From Podospora anserina (Eukaryota): a stretch of 64,000 bases of DNA. The stretch lies in NCBI GenBank assembly GCA_017654855.1, contig CM030332.1, positions 3,968,001 through 4,032,000 of the forward strand, in the 5' to 3' direction. Positions 36,890 through 48,564 of this stretch are shown here, one piece after another. The notes below the pieces were generated by a model. That model did no database searches. It was not told the origin of the DNA and saw nothing but the letters and a program-made list of their open reading frames with translations. Each line of letters opens with the position of its first letter. Within the stretch, counting starts at the first letter, position 1. The translations under genes were made by a program, and so were the position numbers.

Positions 36890-38467
36890 TCAACACATTC
36901 CCTTCCCCTCTACCCTACGCTTCCCCATCCCCCCACCCCTCACCACCTTTGCAAAAAAATACAGCCCAAAAGCCACCACACTAACCGGCACGGCAACCGC
37001 CCAATACATCCAAAACCTCTCCCCCCCGGGCGCAAACCAATCCTCCATCCCAAACAAGCTCGCCACAAACCCAAGCGGTATAAACACCAACCCCACCACC
37101 GTCAACGCCTTGACGCTCGTCGCCTCCTGCCTGCTCAACACCTGCTCCTCCACCGCCTGCCTATTCCCCGCCATCCCCGCCAGCCCAGTGATACTACTGC
37201 TCAAAAGTTCGACCCTCCTCCTCACATCCTTCAACGCCATGTACAAAAACTGAAAATCTGCCTCGGAAGACGAACCACTGCCAGACAAAACGTTCGGTGC
37301 CTGAAACGGAATCCGACACTGTATCATGATCGACTCGAGATCAATACAATAATACGACAACCTCCGCTCATACGACTGCACATCTGACCACTGTTTCTCT
37401 ACCGCGGTGGTGTTGAAGTACTCGAGATTCTCCTGCCTCGACATGCTATGCTGCACGTGAGAGATGTACGTCTGCAAAAAACCGACGTGTTGGCGGTAAT
37501 GGCTTGCGACGATCTTTTGCGCGAGGGTCAAGACCAGGTCGGTGCCGTGGCTGTCGAATAAATCCCAGTGGTGATCGAGGTAGAAGCACAAGTCGTCGAG
37601 GAGTGTCGTTCGGGGCGGGCCGCCGCGGTGGAGGTTCTTCATCTGTCGTTGGTGAGGGATGAAGTCGGGGTACCCCCCCTGGTGGAAGCGCGTGATGGGG
37701 GAGACGGGGATCGGGTTGTAGGCTTCGTAAGAGGTCCCTACGTATCGGAGGGGGGGGTCGGTGATGACGATGCAATCCCAGCCTGTGCCATTTTCTCGTG
37801 GGCGCCGCCAGATGGAGCACTTCCTGTGGAGGCAGACTGTGTCGGCGAATTTACCGAGGATTCGAGTAGTTGTGACGGTGCGCCCGGTTTCTGCGCAAAA
37901 GACGCGAAAGTTGCTTTGGAGGTTGTTGGGGAGGGAGATGAGCTGGTAGTATCTCATGGTGACATGCTCTTTTTGGACGCATGGGAGCGAGATGTTGTAG
38001 TAGGCGTCGTTGGACTTGAAGGCTTCGGGGGCGTTGTCTCGTTCGTGGTCGACGAAGAAGGCGGAGTGGATGTTGAAGTGTGTGCCCAGGGTGCCGATGT
38101 GGGCTGGGGCTTGGCCCTCCATGATGATGATTCGGCGTCCATCTGGGCCTGAGGCGGGTGATTCGTCGGTCAAGGAGAGTCTGAACTTTGCTGGGTCGCT
38201 GCACTGCCACGGCTTTCTGGTGAAGGGAGAGCCCGCGGATGGGGACTCTAGCACGGCGATTCTGGTGTTTTTGAAGGGCCAAGGTATGTTCTTGAGTTCG
38301 AGTCTGGGGTCTCTACGTCTCAACCTAGGCTCGGACGAGGCGAGACTCTCGATGACGTTTCGGTACTGCTGGCAATCGGCAAGCCAGACGCTGCCCCCTT
38401 GGCTTCCTTGGCTAGACTGACTGTCTTGCCTTGCAACGGAAAGCTTGGGGGCATGGTTTGGGATCAT
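36890..38467 (-). CDS. CorA-like fungal protein with two C-terminal TM helices
   Basis: C-terminal LTVVGLVFIPLGFVASLFGME...FWMYWAVAVPV. Probable ATG at 38467, although the ORF is open to 38704. Confidence 0.75.
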   Translation of the reverse strand: MIPNHAPKLSVARQDSQSSQGSQGGSVWLADCQQYRNVIESLASSEPRLRRRDPRLELKNIPWPFKNTRIAVLESPSAGSPFTRKPWQCSDPAKFRLSLTDESPASGPDGRRIIIMEGQAPAHIGTLGTHFNIHSAFFVDHERDNAPEAFKSNDAYYNISLPCVQKEHVTMRYYQLISLPNNLQSNFRVFCAETGRTVTTTRILGKFADTVCLHRKCSIWRRPRENGTGWDCIVITDPPLRYVGTSYEAYNPIPVSPITRFHQGGYPDFIPHQRQMKNLHRGGPPRTTLLDDLCFYLDHHWDLFDSHGTDLVLTLAQKIVASHYRQHVGFLQTYISHVQHSMSRQENLEYFNTTAVEKQWSDVQSYERRLSYYCIDLESIMIQCRIPFQAPNVLSGSGSSSEADFQFLYMALKDVRRRVELLSSSITGLAGMAGNRQAVEEQVLSRQEATSVKALTVVGLVFIPLGFVASLFGMEDWFAPGGERFWMYWAVAVPVSVVAFGLYFFAKVVRGGGMGKRRVEGKGMC

Positions 38468-40036
38468 GTTGAATATCCTGGCTTGCTCCTCGGAGATGCT
38501 GTGAGCACCAAGACCACAGTGGAGGCTGTTCCTCCCGTACTTAAAGAAACGAAATCCCTTGTCAAGGCATATGGTAAGAGATTCAGAGGCCCGAGTGAGG
38601 CTGCCGAGTCGGGCGGTCCCCTCCATCGAAGGGACGTCCGTCTCATTAAAAACGCCCGGTGAACTTAACCGGCAAGGTTTAAACCTCATCATCAACATGA
38701 CCAACGAAGTAATTGGCTGGTCGAGCCGATACTGTTGCCAAGACCAAGTCCTAGAAGAGGGGAGCAGCGCGATGGGGCAAGCAAAACAACGACATAGCGG
38801 TCATCTGATATTCCTGTTTGAGAGTTCCAGATGATGTCGTTTGGCTATTCGTTACGTGAGGCCATGTCAAGGTGTGGTAGGTGTGAAGGTCTGGGACCAA
38901 TAGGATCAACTCCGGCCAGAGCCTTCTTGTCAGTTCGGGAGTTGGAAGTCTATGTGCCATGGACGCCTGCGCTAAATCGAATGTATGCTGGTGCATCTCA
39001 GCTCTTGGAGGCAGAGCCTGACATCGTCGTTTTTGGTTTCATGTTTCCCCAACTTGAAGGCGTCCAGTCTGCAAGTCAGCCTAACCCCGTGAGTTTATGA
39101 TGAGACTATTGGTCGTATGCTCTTATCTGACGTCTTGGATATTGATACTGGAGCATTTATCTCCTTGTTGCCCCGAGATCTGGGCAAACACTGCCACTGA
39201 TGCCATGTGGCCCCCCGCACTGGAGAATCTGGGGTCGGATTTGGGGGAGTTTGAAGCCCGCTGTCGTCCTCTCTCCAAGAATTTTGGTCTTTTTAATTTG
39301 TGTTGTTTTGTTTTCCAATCATCGTTGAGATGAAACAACATTGCAGCTGAAGGGTGGGACGGTCTCGCCTTTCCCTCCCAGGTCGAACCCGGCTGTCTGG
39401 GTTCAGATTTCCTTGGAGCTGCCTTAGCGCCGGCTGAATCCCGCCGTCGACTTCCACCGGAAGTTATTCAATGCCGGGCATTTCGGACAGTTTCACGACT
39501 GCCGCTGCATTTCATAGCGGTATGCAACCTCGGACAGCCCAGAGAGCACTCCGCGTATCCTTTCCTATTGTTCTCGAATGTCCCCCTATTCCCTCGAAAT
39601 TGGTGATGCTCGTATCAATTCACAAACAGGGCTCACAGCCACTATAAATACCGGAAATCGGCACTAACAAGATCGCCAAGCATGTCGATTCTCCACAGTT
39701 ACAGGGCACATCGCAGCCTGTCAGGGGCAAGCTCTCCATTTCTGTGAGCCGCTATTCGACCCGGACGAGCAACCCGTTGGAAGCTTGTTGAGTTACCCGG
39801 CAGGTTTTTGGATGCACTTTTGTTTTCATTGCAGCTGACGTGTTTCTCTGACAATCTCCTTTTACTGTTGCTCCACCGCTGCGCCTTGGGCTCATTCATT
39901 CACTTACTTTTCTTCATCATTTTCATCTCTCGCTCACCTATTCTTTCCCAACCAGGTCATCCAGTGACCTCTTGATGGTTCCCGTCCCGCCTCTCACCGT
40001 CGCCATCACTTGCATTTGGGTGGCTAAAGGGGAGCA

Positions 40037-41923
40037 ATGGCCATCCTAACCGCCCGCAGGTTTCAACGCCTAGCTCTGTTGACGGTGGTCGCTCTTGTTT
40101 TCTATATACTCCTCGACCAAGCAGACTATGTTGCCATTCCTATGGTGCCAAAAACGGGGCAATATGTCCAAAGCACTTACGACTGGGCAAGACGCCGGAT
40201 GAAATACCCGTTTGATGAGTCCAAACTCACCAAGCTGCCAGAGGGGATCCCACAAGAGCTTCCCCGCATCCAGTATGACTTCTCCCAGGATGAAACCAGC
40301 GAGTCTCACATCAAGACTCAAAAGGAACGACAGGAGGCTGTGAAGCAGGCCGCAAAGAAGTCATGGAACGCCTATCGAAAATACGCCTGGGGCCGGGATG
40401 AGCTCCTCCCTGAGAAGCTCACTGGAAAAGACACCTTTGCTGGATGGGGTGCTACGCTGGTGGACTCGTTGGACACGCTGTGGATCATGGGATTGAAGGA
40501 CGAATACAAGGAGGCGGTCCAAAAGACCGCTACCATCAACTGGGACAAGACGACCTCTTCACATTGCTCGCTTTTCGAAACGACGATCCGGTATCTGGGT
40601 GGTCTCCTCTCAGCATACGATCTCAATGGCGACCAGGTCCTCCTCGACAAGGCCGTTGAGCTGGGCGATATGCTCTACGCCGGCTTCGACACCCCCAACC
40701 ACATGCCAGCAAACAGCTTCAACTTTCGTGAGGCGAAGGCGGGAAGTCTCAGACCCAGCATGGGCGAGTCTTCTGCTGCAGCCGGAACCCTGTCTCTCGA
40801 ATTTACTCGGCTTGCCCAGCTGACTGGGGATCCCAAGTATTTCAACGCCATTTCTGGGGTGACGCGCGCCCTTGAGAAGACGCAGGACGACACAAATCTC
40901 CCGGGAATGTGGCCAGTGTTTATTGACGTCTCTCGCAACGAGCCCGAGAACCCTATCAGTGCGAAGGGTAGCTCTTTTAGCCTGGGCGCTTCTGCCGACT
41001 CGGCCTACGAGTACTTTTCCAAGATGTACGTCCTTCTCGGTGGCCTCGATCCAACGTACAAGAAACTTCACATGAAGTCCATGGCCACCGCTCGCAACCA
41101 CCTCCTTTTCCGGCCCATGCTCCCGGATTTGTACCCTGCCACACCGCCTGATGTGCTGTTGTCGGGTAATGTCTATGCTAATGGTCAAGACATTATCGAC
41201 CTCCAGCCTCAGGTGCAGCACTTGGGGTGCTTTGCGGGTGGAATGTTTGCCTTGGGTGGGAAGCTCTTCCATGAACCCGCCCACGTCAAGATTGGCGAGC
41301 AGCTCGCTCGTGGGTGTGCCTGGGCGTATGAAGCGTTTCCTTCTGGGATCATGCCTGAGGTTTCAGAGATCATTCCCTGCCCTGCTCCCTCTTCTGCGCC
41401 TTCATCAAAGGACGAAGAAGAGGAGGAGTTTCCCCGGTGCAAGTGGGATGATGCAACCTATAAAGACGCCAACACCGCCCCTGGCCGGTATCCCAAGCCT
41501 TTCAGGGCTGTCCAGGACCCTTCGTATCTCCTCCGGCCTGAAGCGATCGAGTCTATCTTTATTGCTTACCGCATCACTGGCAAGAAGGACTTGCTCGATA
41601 TCGCCTGGCGCATGTTCACGGCTGTTCAAAAAGCGACCGAAACAAACGAGGCGTACACGGCTATTTCAGACGTCAATGTTGCCCCGGGTGAAGAGCAGGC
41701 GGATGCTCATGGCCGGGGTGGGACGAGGTCAAGAACCAAGAACTCGATGGAGAGCTTTTGGATTGCCGAGACGCTGAAGTACTATTATCTTATCTTCTCT
41801 GAGCCGGACCTCATCAGTTTGGATGACTATGTTTTTAATACCGAGGCGCACCCGTTGAAGATTCCCAAGCCGGGTAAGGGGGCGGAGGGGAAGGAGGGGT
41901 TGGATACGGAAAAGGAGGCATAA
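40037..41923 (+). CDS. Class I alpha-1,2-mannosidase (GH47), type II membrane protein
   Basis: N-terminal TM segment, AWGRDEL, LVDSLDTL, FETTIRYLGGLLSAY, ADSAYEY, LRPEAIES, ESFWIAETLKY and FNTEAHP. Confidence 0.95.
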   Translation: MAILTARRFQRLALLTVVALVFYILLDQADYVAIPMVPKTGQYVQSTYDWARRRMKYPFDESKLTKLPEGIPQELPRIQYDFSQDETSESHIKTQKERQEAVKQAAKKSWNAYRKYAWGRDELLPEKLTGKDTFAGWGATLVDSLDTLWIMGLKDEYKEAVQKTATINWDKTTSSHCSLFETTIRYLGGLLSAYDLNGDQVLLDKAVELGDMLYAGFDTPNHMPANSFNFREAKAGSLRPSMGESSAAAGTLSLEFTRLAQLTGDPKYFNAISGVTRALEKTQDDTNLPGMWPVFIDVSRNEPENPISAKGSSFSLGASADSAYEYFSKMYVLLGGLDPTYKKLHMKSMATARNHLLFRPMLPDLYPATPPDVLLSGNVYANGQDIIDLQPQVQHLGCFAGGMFALGGKLFHEPAHVKIGEQLARGCAWAYEAFPSGIMPEVSEIIPCPAPSSAPSSKDEEEEEFPRCKWDDATYKDANTAPGRYPKPFRAVQDPSYLLRPEAIESIFIAYRITGKKDLLDIAWRMFTAVQKATETNEAYTAISDVNVAPGEEQADAHGRGGTRSRTKNSMESFWIAETLKYYYLIFSEPDLISLDDYVFNTEAHPLKIPKPGKGAEGKEGLDTEKEA

Positions 41924-42358
41924 AAAAGGACAGGTGCACATGGGATGGAGGGTAGAGCAGCATATACATCACGCATGAATAGAATTTCATCTTTTAGAGT
42001 TCAACTCCACCACCGTTGATATCAAACGTCCCCGAAGCCGAAGCCGAAGCCCTTCAAAGGTACCACCCACGCCACACAGCTATGACGCAGCACCGCAGCG
42101 TTCAAAAGTGGGGTCCCCGCTCACCGTCGCGGCAGTGCCTCGTTGGGTCGTCCCGCCCCTCCTTTCCAGAACCAAGCTCCCTCTTCTTACCACAAGAGCT
42201 CCAAAACCCCTGTCACAATCTTTCCCCATATGAACTTGACCCCTTTCCGACGACCTGCCACACTTCTCCTCTACCTCTCCCGCCATTTCACCACCACCAC
42301 AACCACCTGTTCCCTCAAACACCCACCACCACCACCTTTTCCAAGCACCATCAACGCA

Positions 42359-43200
42359 ATGGACCTCACTTCCCCACCCCCCGAGGAACCCCCCTCCTAC
42401 ATCGCCGCCGCCCGCAGCCACGGCATCCCCCTCCGTCAATCAGCCCCCATCAAACCCGGCCCCTTGCCGCTTCAACTCCCCATCCTCAACCACCTCCGCA
42501 CCAAGCGCGTGATTTTAGCCTCTGCCTCCCCCCGTCGAAGAGCAATGCTCAACCAAATCGGCCTCACAAACCTCGAAGTCTGGCCTTCAAACACCCCCGA
42601 GGACCTCGACAAGAAAACACACTCACCAGAGGAGTACGTCTCAGCCACCGCCCGAGCAAAATGCCACGCCGTCTACGAAGCCGTCCTCGCCGCCCAGGCC
42701 AAACCAGACGCCACCAAGGAACATTTGGAAGATCCAGCTGTTGTCATTGCAGCGGATACAATCATCGCCACCCGCGCAGGGCAGATATTGGAAAAGCCAA
42801 AAAACGAACAAGATCATGTTCGGATGCTGACGCATCTGAGGGATGGGAGGTATCACCGGGTTTTGACGGGGGTTTGCGTCATGGCGCCAAAGGCGGATGC
42901 GAGTCATCCGGGTTATGAGATTAGGGGGCATGTGGAGGATACGAAGGTTTACTTCGCGAGGGAGGAGGACGGGTTGCCGGACGATGTTATTGAGAGTTAT
43001 GTCAGGACGAGGGAGGGGGCGGATAAGGCGGGGGGGTATGCGCTGCAGGGGGTGGGGGGATGGTGCTTGTGGAGAAGGTGGAGGGGAGTGTGGATAATGT
43101 GATTGGGTTGCCGGTTAGGAAGTGTCTGCAGTTGTGTGAGAGGGTTGTTTTTAGGCAGGGGGAGGAGGTGGAGGGGGAGGAGGAGGATGAGGAGGAGTGA
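42359..43200 (+). CDS. Maf-like nucleoside triphosphate pyrophosphatase (one apparent -1 frameshift)
   Basis: VILASASPRRR, IAADTII, EKPK and DKAGGYALQG. Adding one G at 43054-43059 restores VEKVEGSVDNVIGLP and the stop at 43200. An alternative in-frame ATG lies at 42230. Confidence 0.85.
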
Positions 43201-44343
43201 GAGAGGGTGATGGGTTGGGAGGTATACTGAGCGGTTAGCTATGACAGCAGACTATGGCCTTGAGAGGCGGATGAAGAGGTGTGAGTAATCAATGGTTTTG
43301 GACCGTGATTGTTGTTTGAGTTTCTGAGTGATATCATGCTAATTGAGGCTCAGCTCACATTTCCAATCGCTCCTTCCCGTTACAACCTGTAGTCTTAGTC
43401 GTTCCTTCCCATCCTAACTTCCAGTCAAGTGGCTCCTTCCTCACATCAGCACGCACCACATCGCTCCTTCCCCAATAACAGTATATATATTTGCTCCCCG
43501 CACACATCACTTAGCGGAGAACAGCAGCTCACTCTGATCGAATTCTCAAGTGGCAAGACTAGCTTGCTGAGGCGCAAGCCCCCCGCCCGGGTTGCTCTTA
43601 GCCCTGGAGAGCTTCTCTGTTAGGACCAGACTCTGTCTAATTCAAGATAAAACCTAAGGGTTTTTGTAAGGTGGTCACCACAATCAAAATGAAGTGTGGG
43701 TGAGAGGTGAGCTCTTTGCTTTTTCCGATAACATACCTCGATTTGATTTTTGGATGGAGATGGTCGAAATAAAACGAAGGTGGCCGTTTCTTTCCTGGGG
43801 TGGTCGTGATGAAATTCAAGGTCATCGGTATAAATAGACTGTTCGAGCGAGTGTTGATCGGTCCCTGTCCTGTGTTATGTTCGGCCACCCAGACAAGGAG
43901 GGAGGGAGTATGTGAGAGGACTTGGTCATGCTGATGATCAATTCAAGGGGTCAAGAGAGGTTGACCTTCTTTTCTTCTGAAACCGCGCAAGAGTTGAGAC
44001 TGGGAAAAACATGTGAGACATGAATATCGATCAATTATTCTGTCTGACTTTTGTTGTTTGTTACCCAGGACAGACGTATCCAGGCATGACCAAAACTCAA
44101 CTTATCATCTCACCCCAAAAACAAACCAAATAACAGCATTTTCAACCCTATACAAGTAAGGCTGGGGTATCCCGAATTCTCTGCAAAAACTCTCATCATG
44201 CAAAACATCACATCATTCTCCAGGAAAGACAAAAGAAGAAAACAAAATAACAAATAAAAAATATAAGAAAAATCAAAAGAAATCAACACCTCCCCTCCAA
44301 ATCACCATCTATTTTCACACACTCCCCCTCCCCCCCCTCCTCC

Positions 44344-46386
44344 CTAAAGAATCATCACCACCACCCCCAACAACCCAACCACCAGCCCCATCCCAGTCCC
44401 CATTACCACCGCCCTCCCAGCAGCACTATCCTTGGTAGAAGCATCCCCAACCCTAAAACCCGGCTCATACTCCCCCTCCACAGCCTTGGTATCCAACCTC
44501 CCATCCCAGCAATACCTCTCAAAACACCTCCCACACTCCCCCGGCACCCCCGTCCCCGTCCTCGCCAAACTCCTACTCAACACCGCGCACGCCACACACT
44601 TGTTCCACTCCCCATCCAGCGTCCCGTTCCCCTGCGTGGCAGCATTATACCCATTAGTGATGATCTCATTCCTCTGACTCTCGGGGTAACTACTCGTAAA
44701 AGTCGAGACGTTCGAATTGGCGCTATAAGGAGCATTAGGGATGTAAACCAGCAACGGGGGCACCTTTTGCCCGGCCTCCAAAGTGAAATTCTTGACGTCA
44801 CACCCGAAAAACGTGGGCCGGTTGTTAAGCCCGAGGTTAATAAACGTGTTTTGGTCGGGGACGGGAGGGAACAGCGTGCCGTTGGCGATGGCGCCTTGGG
44901 AGCGGTCCCAACTGGCGCGGAGGGCGGTGCCATTCGGCCAGTTGTGCGTCGTGTCTGCCGAGCTGTCTACCGCAAAAATGACATCGACGTGGCGGAAGGG
45001 TTGGATGAGGGGGTGGAGGGGGATGTTTTGGAGGTCTAACCCTCCATCGACGAGATCAAGCTCGATTTTTTGCGCGCTCGGGTTGGTGGCGTTGTTCCAG
45101 CCCAGGAATGGGTTGGGTTCGTACTGCGCAATGTCGTTTTCGTTGCTGTCTAGGATGTTGAGGGTTGCGTTTGCCGCGTTGAGGAGGAAGGTAGGGACGC
45201 CTTCGACCGAGGAAATGTTTTGGAGCATGAAGGCGTTGAAGAGGCTGGAGGAGGTGCCGTAGATATAGGACACGGAATCAAACCCCTTGACGCACTTTCC
45301 GCTGGAGGGGATGACGCCCTGGGAGAAGTTGGAGCCGAGGTACTCCATGGGAACAAAACCGTACGTGGTGGGATCGTAGGAGCCCATTTCGTAAGGGTTG
45401 AACTCGTAGACCGTGGCGTTGAGGGAGATGATCCTCTCCCCCGGGTAGCGGCCGTTGGCTACGAGGATGGGGAAGGGGGTGCGGGCGGCGGAGAACTCAT
45501 CGTCTAGGGCGATGGAGGAGAAGGTGTAGGCCGGCCCGCCGTCTTCGGCGTCGATGAGTTGATAACCCAGGGCACGGCCCCAGCTGGGGGGAATAGGGGG
45601 TTAGTATCGTGCTTGGGCATGTATGTAAACAAAAGAAACTTACTAATCCGTGATGGAAGTCTCGAACCCAGCATCCGCCTTCGCAGCAACCTGCCTAGCC
45701 ACCCTAGACCAGTACCTGGTAGTATCAAAAATCCCAGGCAAGTTCGGCCCAATAAAGATACTCCTATCAAACTTCCAAATACTGCTCCCCTCCCTCCCGT
45801 TCCTCAACGTCTCAACCGTGCTAAAGTTGTTGGTGTAAATGCTTGACACCAACCAACCACCACCAGACAAACCAGCCAAATAAGTACTGCTCTGCAGCAA
45901 CCCCCCAATCTGTCCCTCCCCAGTCGCACCCGTGGTTCTGCTGTCGGCAGCAGCGACGAACCCGGCCCCATTCATCAACGCCCTGTAACCACCCCCCGAA
46001 ACGGCAATCCCAACATTGGGAAGATCCTTCACATCCGGAGCCACACGGTTGATGTAAGCCTCGGCATCGAACCCTTCCAGATTGGCCCTCTTCAAGAAGT
46101 CAATCATGGGCTTCACCGTCTCCTTCCTTCGCTTCCCGAGCCAGTCCTCCTCCTGCTTGGAGATGCCATCGGCAAGACGGACAGTGGGTTTGTTTCTGGG
46201 ACAGTTGACTTCCTGGGGCGCATAGCCGCCGCTGGGCGCGTTGGGACGCGCGCGAGGGCTGAGGATTAAATCATGGTTGGGTTGGGAGAGCTGGACAGCT
46301 GGGACTGGGATGGGTTCGGCGGAGGCAAGGTTGGAGGTGGTGAGGAGGAGAGCAGCGAGGGTGGTAGAGTAATCTAGAATATGCAT
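44344..46386 (-). CDS. Secreted or GPI-anchored lysophospholipase (phospholipase B)
   Basis: Signal peptide, [13 protein letters not shown], intron 45584-45643, [13 protein letters not shown] and a hydrophobic C-terminal tail. Confidence 0.92.
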
Positions 46387-48564
46387 ATTGTTTATGTTTT
46401 GATGTTGATGGTGTTGCTAATCATGAGAACGGTAGGTAGGTGGGTGAGCTGTGTTATGTTATTGATATCGAATAAGCGTGTAAGGCGCACGACAACCAAA
46501 AGGAAAAGTAGAGGAACCAAAGTTCCCACGAATGTGAGAAATAAAAATGAAGCAAAGCAATCAAATTGCTAAGCTGGAAAAGCAACAAACAACAAAAAGC
46601 TGTATAAAAAAATAAAAAAATAAAAAAAGGAGCGAGACCCAAGGGGGCGGTAGCGGCGAGGGATGTGTAAAGTATTATAAGTTTCAAAGAAAGGGAGCTC
46701 GTCCCTGGAAATAACGTGGGCTAGGTTTATGTGGTGACTATGGCACACACGCGAGCGGGTAGATCGGGGAATGAATGGAGAATGGAAGGGGAGCACGGGC
46801 AACCGTTGGCAAAGAGCCCACCGGCGGGTTAATTCTTTTTTCAAGGGATCAATCATCTCTGCCCAGCGAGTACCAAGAAACACCCAAGAAACACCAAGAC
46901 TGCTCGTTGCTCACGTTGGCTGTCTGTCTCGGCCGGGTGGCACTGAAAGTTGGGATGGATTTGGTGTCAGTTGTCGGCATCAAGACCGGATGACGCCGCC
47001 CCTTTCACAAGTTCTGCCATATCATGCATGATGTCCCTCGATTGGGAAAAATAAATCAAATGAGGCTGCTCAGCCCCTCGCTGCCGAGGCCGATTTGGGG
47101 ACGGGAGCTGCAGGAAATCTAATCACAGCCAGGAGGGAGGGGTGGGAGGGAGGCTCTTACACACCCTGATTTGCAAGCTGCATTCCCCCTTTCAGGTCAC
47201 GGTGGCATCGTTTCAAGTTTCATGCAACAGCGGGCTTGACCTGCCGAGCCCGCCCAACCAAACCAATCTTCAACCAACATTTGTCGACTTCTTAACAAAC
47301 GTCAACTGGCAAGTGTTCTCCATGACCTACCGGATGACGGTTTTGACAGAACAGCCCGAGCGGGAAGCACAAGCACCCGTCATTAGTTTCCAAAAATTCG
47401 CAGCGCTAAACGGGCAGTTTGGAACCATCCCAATGAACACCGGCATGTGGCACTCCACCAACCACCAGCCTTCTCAGCGGGGTCCGGAAGGGCTGGAGGG
47501 CAATTACGAGTCTCCCCCTTCTTGGCATCAAGCCACCCGCTCCCCACAGTTACAGTGGGTACAGGGATGCCACACTCGGTTCACTTCACGTCATCATCAT
47601 CGTATTCTTTTACTGGGAATTATCCGCTACATGCTCGATATTCGGATTCCGCTAATTGTCCGATACGAATCTACAGTCATGTATAATAGCCGACTCTTCC
47701 AGAAAAAAGTTTACAGACACTCGGGAGCCGATCTACCCGCTCTTCGGCACCCTCGGCCACCTCACCCTCTTCCCTGCCGTGGAATCAACCGGCTGGCCAA
47801 CCACCGGGTCGGTGACCTGTCTCAGTTCCACCACTCCAACAGCTTACACATGTGTTTGTTTGCTCTGTTCAAATGCTGTTTGGGATTTCGTTCGCCATGT
47901 TTGATATCTCTCCTGCCGTGAAAGGCAAGGCAGACTTCTTCCCATATACTCATAAGCTTTACCTGAGCCTGCTGTGTACACAATACGCGGAACTCTCCAA
48001 TGGGCCTGCATCCTCGAACTGGAAGGACGTTTATTTATCCACGAGATACTCAGATCCAGTGCGGATAAATCATAACCCTTGGGTATCAAGGTGTTCCCGT
48101 CGATGCTATCCGCGTAATATCAGATCGAGGCATATCTCCCCTCAAGACCTTCCACGTTGTCAGTGAAACAATCTTTGACAGCGGGAGGCAGCCCGTCGAT
48201 CGGCCCTGACCCCCGACCCGACCCGACCCCCGACCAGCATCAGATCATCTCCTGCACATCCATCCACGCTAACGCGAGCATCAAACAGCCGACAGACCTC
48301 GATATTCATTACAGATCCAACCTAGAAACTCCCTATACCCCAGGTTTATTACTACAACAACAATAACAACAACAACAAAAAAAAAACACAAAAATCCGTA
48401 ACCCGTGGTACCTTTGCTTTGGAACCCTTTGTACCCCCAGGAGTCGGAACCCTTCTGAAACTGTCTGGCTTGTAAACTGTTATGACCGCTTTCTATTTTT
48501 TCTTTTCTACAGGTCAACTAAATCCCCCAATGTGGTATTGTATATCCAACCGCAGTCAGCTAAC

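Noticed and set aside
47142-48166. Overlapping ORFs between PLB and his-3
   Set aside because: No domain recognised and no consistent splice model; at most an unidentifiable relic.
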